Source of the DNA: Blastocystis sp. subtype 4
Taxonomy: Eukaryota
NCBI RefSeq assembly: GCF_000743755.1
Contig: NW_014569439.1
Coordinates: forward strand, 1 to 32,167
Direction: 5' to 3'
Length of the DNA: 32,167 bases
Under the pieces are notes generated by a model. It worked only from the letters and a program-made list of their open reading frames with translations. It had not been told where the DNA came from and made no database searches. Positions 1-10,153 of the stretch are shown here, piece after piece. The position numbers were made by a program, and so were the translations under genes. The first letter of the stretch is position 1, and every line of letters begins with the position of its first letter.

Positions 1-100
1 TGAGGATGTGAATGGATATCATAGCCTGTTATTTGGAGAGAGTGCTCGGTATCTATTGACTGGATGTGGTAATCGATCGGTTGTGAAGTTCAGTAATTGA
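1..100 (+). CDS. 3' end of a probable WD40-repeat protein (Prp19-like C-terminus), partial
   Basis: Frame from base 2 reads EDVNGYHSLLFGESARYLLTGCGNRSVVKFSN, then TGA at 98-100. It resembles a last WD40 blade and is followed by TGTTTGTT at 103-110. Confidence 0.4.
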   Translation, partial: EDVNGYHSLLFGESARYLLTGCGNRSVVKFSN

Positions 101-206
101 CTTGTTTGTTAAATGATACACCTCATCATAGGAACAACACCACTTAAACAACTCTGTCACATTATCAACTTGTATTAGTAGAATACAAATAGAAGAAACA
201 AACAAC

Positions 207-1390
207 TTAATGGATACTTCCTTTCTCTTCGATCAACTGCAAGATTTCCTTGGACACACGATAAATAGCTTCTTGTTCATCCACTTTCAGGATTCGATCA
301 ATCACAGTCTTCTTCTTACAATCCCTCAACATAACTCCTGATTCCATTTCATTGACTTTATCACTTGCACTCGCAAATGCAATTGTACAAGCTCCTTTTG
401 ATGGAGGAACGATCCACTGGAAGAAGGACTGTGTATAGAGCTTTCCAATACATCCCAGCTCCCGGGCAATGTTGGTAGCAGCTACCCCAGGATCACAAAT
501 CATACATCTGATTCTAGGTTCAACACGAGCTAAGCGGAGAGCAAACGATGTAAGAAGATATTTTGAACGGTAATATGCAGTAAATCGCTCGTAATGAGCT
601 TCATCAATAAATAAATGATTGATATCAAAAATTGAAACTGGAGATTTGGGATATGTCAATGATGTTACGAAGATGCAGCGAGGTGAACTTGATTTGCTAA
701 AAATGATTTCAACCAATCAATTATAGACAGAAGATGTGGAATTAGGAGTTCGGTGAGTTGGATAACTCCAATGTAGTTGGTTTGACATGTCATTTCGACT
801 CCTGTTTGAGCCTCCATGTACTTGTGAACCATGCTCACTCCAGCATTGTTGATCAGAACATCAATTTGCAAATCCTTAGCATCAATCTGTTCCACACAAT
901 GTTGAATTGACTTAGGGTCCGTCATGTCAATCAGCTGGTACTAGAAATGACTAAAAGATTCAATTGATACTGAGATTCGATCGTTGCCTGTTTCTTTCTT
1001 GAGTTGTTCACAAGCATTCTGTGCACGTTCTTCAGATCGACAACCTGTATGTGTTAGTAGAAACTGCATTCTTACCAATGATCACAGTAGCATTTGCCGA
1101 TAGTAAGATTTCGGATACTAAATAACCAAATCCACTGTTACCACCCTATAATCATCACAAGTAACTGTAGCATACAGTAATGAAGAAACAACGGTTTGAT
1201 AGGTCCTGCTGTTTTAGTTCATTGATAAGTGACTGCTTTGAATACCTATTTGTCAGAATGCTTGATCTTCTCTACCCCATAGCAAACAATATAATGAATC
1301 ACCAAAATAAGTGAAACTAAGACAGTTGAAATGAAAATGAAAGGGCTTCTCGTTTACTGAGAATCAATAAGATAGATCTGTACAAAGCAT
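207..1390 (-). CDS. Short-chain dehydrogenase/reductase (retinol dehydrogenase/WWOX-like), multi-exon; start uncertain
   Basis: Spliced motifs: FIT|GGNSGFG (TGxxxGxG), IIG|CRSEERA, DVLINNAG, TNYIG, catalytic YYRSK and DPGVAATNIAR. Stop TAA at 207-209. Confidence 0.85.
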
Positions 1391-1449
1391 CAGAATATTG
1401 GAATGCGATTATTTCGAAGCAGTATTATCAAGAAACACATCCATTTTTG

Positions 1450-1460
1450 TTCCCGCCAAA
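1450..1460. promoter_or_regulatory. E2F-like site TTCCCGCCAAA in the divergent promoter of the SDR and SNF2 genes
   Basis: Close match to the E2F consensus, 24 nt upstream of the SNF2 ATG (1485), in an AT-rich background. Confidence 0.4.
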
Positions 1461-1484
1461 CGAATCACAACCACTAAAGTCAAA

Positions 1485-4069
1485 ATGGCGTTATTCTGTC
1501 TCTGGCACAGTTCAAATGATCCAAAACGAACAATTTATCTCTATGAAGGAGAAAATGTGATTGGCCGTGGACTTAGTGGTAAGATCCTATATCCTGTTGA
1601 CAAATAATACTCTGATTCCTTCACCTAACTTCTTTACAATGTAGTAGAAGGCAGGCTATCATTTTTATTGAGAATAAAGGGAAAGGGTCTCTGATTACAG
1701 AGGTAATGAAGGACCGACAAGTGATTGGAACGTAAGAATAGGATAGTGTATTAACCTAGAATAACTTCAACGGGTGTTACGCCGTTGTTTGTGCGTATTC
1801 CACAGAGAGAATCACGGTTCCGTCGTTTAGGACACGGAGAACAGTGTCCATTATATCGTGGAGCAGAGGTTTGTCTCTATCGAGATAAAAAGGATGGAAT
1901 CCAGATCTATACTCTTCATTCGGTCTCCAATAATTCTCTGAAACGTCCCAATCCACCTCCTGTTAACGTCACTCCTTCTCAACCTGCATCGACTCTAACA
2001 GAAGAAGAGTATCATATCATATTCCAGTGATACATAGATCACGTCAACTAGCTCTTCTTCCTGCTGATCCAGCTATCAAGAAGCTTCTAGCGATATGCTC
2101 TGCTACAAGCAGTCGAATCCGTAATGCTCTAAGCAAGACTTCAGGAACATCTCTTCCAGAAGGTTTGCTTGCCCAACTTCCACATCCATTGCATCCTCAT
2201 CAGATATTCGGAGTTCAATGGTTAATGACATTATACCAACAAGGACAGAATGGAGTACGAATAATCCTTCTATCTGATCATAGATTCTTGCAGATGAAAT
2301 GGGATTAGGAAAGACTGTCCAAGTCCTATCCTTCTTAAAACTAATTTCCCAACACAATCAACATCGATTTCTTATCGTTGTACCTTCGAGTCTTGTATAC
2401 AATTGGGAAAATGAGGTGAAAGAATGGTGTAAAAACATTACATATCTTCTGTTTGTTATATGTGAATGATCTCACGTCTAGATATGTGGGATCACAAGAG
2501 GAAAAGAAGTCAAAACAAGAACAATGTTATCAGTCTCCAATCATGATTCAACTCTTCATTACAACGTAAATTCTATTCAATATTCTCATTCAGATATACT
2601 ATCTTTGAACGTGATACCATGGGGGATGATCGTAATTTCATTTCTCAGTTTCAATACGATGTGCTTATCCTTGATGAAGGTCACTGCATCAAGAACCATT
2701 CTTCCAAGCGCTATTCTGTTTGTTTTCACGGTTCGAATTACCATTAGAGATTAGCCAAACTCAAAGCAAAACATATCATCTTGCTTTCTGGAACACCTGT
2801 TCAAAACAATCTTCAAGAACTGTTTTCTCTTCTATCATTTCTTCTTCCTTCTCATTCTGATGAGTTTGTAACCATTTGTAAACGATTCAACTTAAACCAA
2901 ACGAATCCATCCATAATCACATACACAAAGAAGGTGAATAATCCTCATTCCAAATAATATCCAGATTTTAGAACCATTTATCTTACGAAGAGTCAAACAC
3001 GAAGTACTAACTGATCTTCCAACCAAAACGCAAGAAATAAAGAAAATCCAAATGATTCCTGCTCAACATAGTTTGTATGAAGAACACATTAAAAAATATG
3101 ATACTCAATTCACTCGCAAGTCATCCTCTGAATCGAATGACTATGATCTTGTTTCCTTGTATATTGATCTTCGTAAAATCGCCAATCATCCTCTTCTGGT
3201 TCGTAAGTGTTCAGTGATTCGTTGATAAGAAGGAAATCATTATTCAGGTCAAAGACTGACTCGAATCGCTACAATCATATACGAAGCACATCACTATGAG
3301 AAACAAGCAACAACTGAGGACATTGAAACAGATCTGAAGTCGATGTCTGACATTGAGATTCACTTCCTTCTTGAAGAATTCGCTGAATCTACTCCTTCTC
3401 TCTGCCGACATCTCGTTTGAACAACTCCATTCTCTCATTCATAGTTGTCTGATAGTCAATTGACAGCCTCAGGAAAACTCCGATATCTCCTGTCTCTTCT
3501 TCCATCTCTGCTGGAACAAGGTCATCGTGTGCTTCTCTTCTCGCAGTGGGTTACTATCCTTAACATCATTAGTCTTTGTCTCCAGCAGCGACATATTTCC
3601 TTCTATCGTATTGATGGGAAAGTATTTCTCTTCCTCTATTCTTCCTCTAGACACCTCCAGAAGAACGACAACAGATGGTTGATGCATTCAACACATCGAA
3701 CACTACCAAGTACCAATTTCCATTCGACTCATTTCCATTAGTGTCTTCATGCTGACTACACGTTCAGGTGGATTGGGATTAAATCTCATTGGAGCAGATA
3801 CTGTGATTCTGCACGACAGTGACTTCAATCCCAATGTTGACCGACAAGCTGAAGATCGTTGTCATCGAATCGGACAGACCAGACCGGTTCATGTAATCAA
3901 ATTAATTTCCAAGGATTCTGTTGATGAGAAGATCTTCGACATCTCACAACGAAAGGCTCAACTGGGAACAGATCTCTTGACCGATGAACGGTTCGTCCTA
4001 GTTTACAGTATTCATTGTAGATCTTTCCTGCAGGAAATTATGAAAGAAACATCCAATCTTATTGTATAG
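1485..4069 (+). CDS. SNF2-family chromatin remodeller of the SMARCAD1/Fun30 type with N-terminal FHA domain, multi-exon
   Basis: Spliced motifs: G|ILADEMGLGKTVQ, IVVPSSLVYNWENE, LILDEGH, LSGTPVQNNL, PFILRRVK, LRKIANHPLL, RVLLFSQW, TRSGGLGLNL and DFNPNVDRQAEDRCHRIGQ. The N-terminus GENVIGRG..KI...CSRRQA is FHA-like. Confidence 0.85.
1589..1629 (+). other. U12-type AT-AC intron, 41 nt
   Basis: Donor ATATCCTG, branch box TTCCTTCAC (1616-1624), end CTAAC. Removal gives GRGLSGKILSLQCSRRQA. The nearby GT-AG alternatives (donor 1579) run into stops. Confidence 0.85.
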
Positions 4070-4135
4070 TTGGTTATGTTTGTTCGACACCTCGTTTTGC
4101 GGTACCAAATGTCGCAGAATCCTAACTTCATCCAT

Positions 4136-5991
4136 ATGAGCTCGATTGATAGTCTTCTCTTTGACTCGGTTCGAGAGTTAGGAATGTATGCGTTTGAATT
4201 TGGTTTTTGAACTTGTAGTTACATCCCTGACGATGTGACGTCAGTGGAGTCAATGGATCGAGTTTTCTTTTTCAATTTATGTGTCCAATGTCTTTCTCTC
4301 CTAGATGAGAGTATTCTCGAGTTTGTTCACTTCATTGTGGATGAAGAGGATCTAAATCATTCCATTTGCTGTGACTTGGCTGATGGATTTGCTGTAGTTT
4401 TATTTCTTGAGATTGATTGTAGCGAGTTGGATACACAGCAGAGATTGGGTTTAGCCACTTTATGTATCCCGAACCTGAAGATATTACTCGGATTCTCATG
4501 TGGTTGACATCTTCAATCTCTTTTGCTAATGAACAAGAATGCCTAATTGGATAGTTTGATTCTTAGTCAAAGAAGAAGACAAAGAAATATGGATTCCTTA
4601 ATGGCGAACGTATTTTAAAGAGTCTTTATGATTGGAGTCACAATCCGCCCCCTCCAGTCCCTTCTTCCTATGATTCTTCTTCTTTGCTTCTAGTAGAAGA
4701 TGAGCAGTTGATTAGCGAGAAAATGCGTTACTTATGGAAAGACATCCCTTCTGTATGGTCGTCATGGATCTTATCACTAGGTCGGAATTGAAGCAATCTC
4801 CTCTGATGAAAAGGTCCAAGAACATGTTTCGTTTCAGCGAATTCAATGTCGCTATTTGGTTTGATTTTTATTCTAGTGTCATCAGCACTTTCTGAAAATG
4901 CAGCTGTTAGTGAAGTAGTTCATGTTATTCTGGTTGATATGTAGGAAGTTGCATCTCTTCAATCAGATTTGATTAAATACAATCGAGTATTCTATAAACG
5001 GGCTCATAATATCAGAAAACTTAGTCAGAAGCTTACTTCAGTAGCATTGTATGTCGACTCTTATCTATAGCTAAAACGGAATATCGATGAATTGAATAGG
5101 CTAATTGAATTCACAGAAACAGCAGTTTTTGAGAAGAAGAAGATCATTAGTGTTCTTGATGATATTGATAGGTATTTGCATTTATCTGTTGACATTTAGC
5201 TATTTGAGGCGATTCCACGAGAGTTGTGACTCGATTTCGGCTGAAATATCCAAAGAACAGTATTTGTTCCAGCGCGAGCGAGAGGAAATTGTTGGTGTCA
5301 TCGAGGAGTTGAATCAACGGAAACAGACACTATGGGAAGAATCCCAATCATTATTGTCGCATTTACAAACAAGTCGTCAGGAAATCGAGAGTATTACGAG
5401 TGTTATTGGAGAGCGCAAGCGAGAGAAGGAAGAATTGGATGAGATGTTGAAAGTGATTCCGAAAGTGAGTGAAGTGGAAGGAATGAATGGTAGCAATCGT
5501 TTCGTGACGTCTATCTGAATCGACTCACACAGTTGTCAGAACGCAAAATGCAACAGCAAGAGGATATTGCTTGTGTTTCTGAGGAGATTGGTGCTCTGAA
5601 TCAGAAGTTGGAAAAAGTGACAGAGGAATTGGTAGAAGAGGAATCTACGTTAGAGAAGGAGATGAGAAGTCTGTTTGGAACGGAGGTGGAAGGATCAACT
5701 TTGTACAATTACTATTCTCAGGTTAAAAGAGTTCAAAATGAACGGATTTATTAAGTTTTAGTTGTTTCATTCTCTCATTTCTGTTTTGTATCGCATCATA
5801 GAAACAGACGGTAATATTACTACTATCAATTTGCAGATCAACAAAGTAGATGTTCCAGTGATTTGTAAGAACTATGAATGTATGGTCCGAGATGTGGAAA
5901 AGGTGAATATTGCTCAGAAATGGATGACAAATAGATTCGAAAAGAGAATGAGGTGTTGCGACAACGTATAGAGAAACTTGAGAAATCTTGA
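4136..5991 (+). CDS. CCDC22: Coiled-coil domain-containing protein 22 (CCC/Commander complex), multi-exon
   Basis: N-terminus MSSIDSLLFDSVRELGIYIPDDVTSVESM...CVQCLSLL...LGYTAEIGFSHFMYPEPEDITRILMWL matches the CCDC22 N-terminal domain. A long coiled coil ends VRDVEKIRKENEVLRQRIEKLEKS, stop TGA 5989-5991. Confidence 0.75.
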
Positions 5992-6325
5992 AAAGTTTGT
6001 AATATAGTTTGTATCTCTTTGTTGGAAATCACGATGACTACCATAGGACGAAACGTCAGATGGGAAAACACATTTGTGTTTCTCCTCACAATCAACGTGT
6101 ACTGCTATGAATATGCTTGATTAGCATATGTATTTACGTTTGGAATGAAAATTTCAAATTCTACGGCAGTATATCGGTAAAAATAGGAGCAATCTATCAT
6201 AAAAATAGGAGTTCTTCGTTTAGGCGTACCCGCGGAATAATGTCGATTCTTGCCTGGCATTTCTCCATAGGGTTTGACAGTTTCATCAGGTGAGTGAAGT
6301 AGGAACCACTCTTTCTTTAAATCAA

Positions 6326-7048
6326 ATGTCGAGACATAGTCTATCGAAGAAATCCAATAACTCCTGTAGTAGAAGAAGAAAGAGAAGAATGATCAAGTGT
6401 TCAAGCTGTAAAAGTATGAAACCGTCGCGAGACTTTAAACCCATTGTTGTGAATGGGAAAACGGTTGTTCCGAAGACATGCCAGTTATGCCGATCACGAC
6501 GAACAGAGTATTATTGGAGTACACTTTCATATTTTGATTAATCGTAAGAATACGAATGCAGAGAGGCACGAGAACGTGGTGTCCGCCCACCTTCGAAGTA
6601 TGCTTTGTTGCAACCGCCAGTGGAATCGCATCTCCCTCTGGAAGAGGAGGGTTCTTGTCCCACTGTGGATGATAATTCAAACTCAACACTTCCTGAACTG
6701 GAGTCCAACTCTTCCTCCAGTACTACCATTCCCACAATAACTGGAACTGAAGATTCGGATGACTTCGTTTTAGCAAATGATGAGATTATGGAGGAACTAA
6801 AAGATGGACTGTCCAGAAATGACGAACCCAAGAGAGTGGAGACATCGCATCTTCCAGGTAGCTTGGATGATCTGATAACCATGGATGATCCATTTGATTT
6901 GACATCATTAAAGTTGGAGAATTATGCAACTGATTCACTTCAACCTGTGGCTCTGTTTGATGATTTCCATCTTCAGGATTCAACTGGTCCCTTTATGTAC
7001 TCTGATCTTTTATCAGTCCCAAATAGCGATGATTGGAGTCTGTTTTGA
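6326..7048 (+). CDS. Hypothetical C4 zinc-finger protein with basic NLS and acidic C-terminus, 2 exons
   Basis: RRRKRR, then CSSC...CQLC. A 30-nt GT-AG intron (6519-6548) joins ORF 6290 to ORF 6605 in frame, and the tail is D/E/S/L/F-rich. Confidence 0.65.
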
Positions 7049-7084
7049 TTTAGCTTAGATCCATTCATGTTACTTCTTTGTTGA

Positions 7085-7092
7085 CACAAACA
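7085..7092 (-). terminator. GU-rich polyadenylation element TGTTTGTG (PRMT7)
   Basis: Minus strand reads CAT TTA T|ATCA|TGTTTGTG, with the T at 7097 being the first base of a codon. Confidence 0.7.
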
Positions 7093-7096
7093 TGAT

Positions 7097-9394
7097 ATAA
7101 ATGAACAGACAGCTTGAATGACAATTGCTCATCAAGCATAGCTTCAACTGGAATCACATCCCCTTCATTCACTTCAGTTCCCTTATCTCGGAATAACAAC
7201 AGCTGCTTCTGGTAACCGACAAATCTCTCATTCTGATAGGGAGTAATCCAATTAATGTCCTGATCTTCGAAAGCATCAATATCACCAATGTAGTACTCAG
7301 TCCAAATAACAGTACAATTAAAGGAACCTTTATGTTTAACAGTAGTAGATGACGGTAAACTAACAGAATACAAAGGTTGGCGGTAATCAATTGTCAGAGC
7401 AGCATATGGATCTGAAAGACACTTATATTGATACATTGAAAGAGGAAATGGATAGAAAGAATGATTCCAATCCTTTACTGCAGTATTGAAAGCAGTATGA
7501 GCAAATCCGTTCACATCCTCAACTTGTCCAAAAGAATCATACAGAGGCTATTTCTTAGAATGAATATAATCTTATACACCTAATTCAATATGCATTATCA
7601 TGATATTCACCATACTCGGGAATAAGGAGATTGTTGGTGAAAAGTACTCTAGAAATAACGAACATCAAATGAATCAAACCTCTCAAACAATTTACCATAC
7701 ACCAATAGCTGATGGCTTCCATCACTACATGATCTTCCATCTGATAATGATGGAAATCCCATACAATTGTTCCAATTGGTTGATTTGAGAAGAGAGAATG
7801 TAAATCAGGATGGTTTGGAGCACCATTGATTAATGCATTCTTAGCTCCATTAGTTTCGAGAATATGTTTCCAAAGATACAAAGAAAGTGTCTTCTGTTCA
7901 AATGAATAGATTGGAGTATTCAATCGTTTGGAAAGAGCGGTTGATATCAAACTATCATCTCCAATATCAATAATTAACTCTATCCATCATATTTGAATAT
8001 CAATCATACCTGATGGAGAATGTGACAGGATTCGATCCATCATCAATGAGAGTTTCTGGTTTCGAATGGAGTCATTATACATTCCAATCAGACTGGGACT
8101 CATTAGAAGATGGAACCCACATGAACATTGGAGGGGTTTCATCATTCCACTTTTCACCCTGTTTACATCATTCTTTCTCGCACAACAATCGAATTTCCAG
8201 TTTGTATCACTCATATACCCAACTAACTCAACACACTCTTTCAGATCAACAGTGTTAGGAAGACCATAATATGCCTGTAACCAATGATCTTGCCATTTCT
8301 GTTTGTTCTCTGCCGATGGTGTAGTGGAATAAGTGTGTTTATCTCCGTAGAGAAAGACTGTCCAACTGAACAGAAGGCCATTTGGACATGATGTGATCGG
8401 GATGGAGATATTCAAAAGGTGTTTATTTGTGGTATCTTTAAGGTCCACCGTCGTAAATCGTACAAAGTCTGAACATTTCATTACATCAACATCCGAAGCA
8501 TGGATCTACTTCTCACTGGATTCACTCGAATATACTGGAATTAAAGTGGTGTATTTGCAGAATTGAGGATCTTTACTCTCCATATGTACTCCCAGAACAC
8601 TAATTCAGATTTGTTCCTCAAAGCCATACGTTCGATTCTGGAGGGTTGTACGATCATACAGAGAATTAGAACGAACCATCTGTACAAATACATCTGCCTT
8701 CTCTGGGATGATGATTGCATTCTTCACAAGAAGTCGTTTCTATTATCACATAGGAGTCATATGGCTACTTTTGCATCTCGGACAGCAATTAGGACTCCTT
8801 CACCCAAAAGGACCGTATCCAGAATCTCACTCACCAAAATGTCACACTTCCTTTCCAAATCTAGTAATAACAATGCAGGAACACGAATACCATAATCGGT
8901 CTGATTCGAATCACTCTTTACAGTCAACGAGGAACTGTGCTTGTTGATAACTGTGATCACATTAGCAAAGCCATTTTCAACCACATTCTGCTTTGCAACT
9001 TCAACCCATTCTTTGAACATCTCACAAGCGTAAACGTGTTCGGCTCCTGCCCTTGCTGCTTGCAATGATAATAACCCGGTACCACATCCAATATCTAGTA
9101 CATATGGTTTCCGATTATGTTTTATAGTAAAGTCATGAATGCACTCTAAATATCAATTCCAATGATTACACCAACCGGCTATAGCAGCATTATAAACTTC
9201 GTTCCGATCTGTATCCTTTAACATTGACGTCATCTGAGACATCCCCATCACACTCTTCAAGACATCTTCCTTAGCTTCTACTCTGTGCCATAAGAGACCT
9301 CCAGAAGAGAGATCAAGTGAAGGAGCCAACATAACATCTCTATCTCTTTCAAGAAGGACTTATTTACCCACTTTCCACTCTCATCCGTAGCCAT
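7097..9394 (-). CDS. PRMT7: Protein arginine N-methyltransferase 7-like, multi-exon; stop inferred to be made by polyadenylation at 7097
   Basis: Motifs: MLKDTDRNEVY, VLDIGCGTGLLSLQAARAGA, ACEMF, INKHSS, VSEILDTVLLGEG, WQDHWLQ and CSCGFH, followed by a second degenerate PRMT module. Confidence 0.85.
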
Positions 9395-9639
9395 AATCGT
9401 TTCGAAGCAATTAGACTGATTCATGACCTCCCTATTCTTCATAGAGCACTATTTCGCCTCACTGGACATCAACTTCTTCCTTTTGCTTTTGGCAAACGAT
9501 ATCACCACCATATTTGTCAATTCCTCCATACATTCTTGAGAACTGATAGTTGATAGATCCCCGCGATTCTAGATTATCATCTTTCCTGTCAAAGTGGAGA
9601 TGGAAAGAATCTAACAAACAGACAAACAACACAGTAGTA

Positions 9640-10153
9640 CTAAACCACATCATCAAATCCCTCTTCTTGGTAATTCCATACTGAAGTCTTCACTTCTTTC
9701 GATGCTATCGATTGTTCAATCTCATCAATGTCCTTTTTGGATCTTGAACGCTTCCGGATCTGGATGGTATTCTTTTCCATCTCCTTATACTAAATCTATA
9801 AATCTAAAACGACATTAATACTGTATCAAATGCAGAATCCACAAAAGAGAAACGATTATCCTTTTCAGCTAATTCAACACTACTATTCACAAACTCCAAG
9901 TGTATCCAAACACTGAATGTTCATCTAACCTAGCAATATCCTTGGATTCTGCTTCTAGTGCAAGTAACCTTGTCATGTATTGAATGAAGGATACTACAGC
10001 GAGACCTAGACTCTAGGGGTCCTTCCATTCTTACCCAAACAAGAAAGAGCGGAGTTGTTGATGCGACCGACATCCTGGTTTTCCCAGACAATCCGTTTTA
10101 TTAGTTTCTATGAATCATACTGTATAAACAAACAGTACATTATTAAAGGACAT
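9640..10153 (-). CDS. NC2alpha/DRAP1(Bur6)-like histone-fold protein, about 5 exons
   Basis: Spliced: MSFNN|KLIKRIVWENQDVGRINNSALSCLG|LAVVSFIQYMTRLLALEAESKDIARLDEHS...DNRFSFVDSAFDT|YKEME...DDVV*. It aligns to the F-P-x-x-R-I-K-K-I-M-x-x-D-x-D-V-G-K...FDFL pattern. Not in the ORF track. Confidence 0.7.
10127..10134 (-). terminator. TGTTTGTT polyadenylation element of the GT61 gene, inside intron 1 of the downstream gene
   Basis: AACAAACA on the + strand at 10127-10134, 8 nt beyond the TAA at 10143-10145. Confidence 0.75.

Noticed and set aside
9987..9994. GTATCCTT (minus) as a U12 GT-AG donor
   Set aside because: No branch box follows, and the bases encode VVSF in the histone-fold helix.
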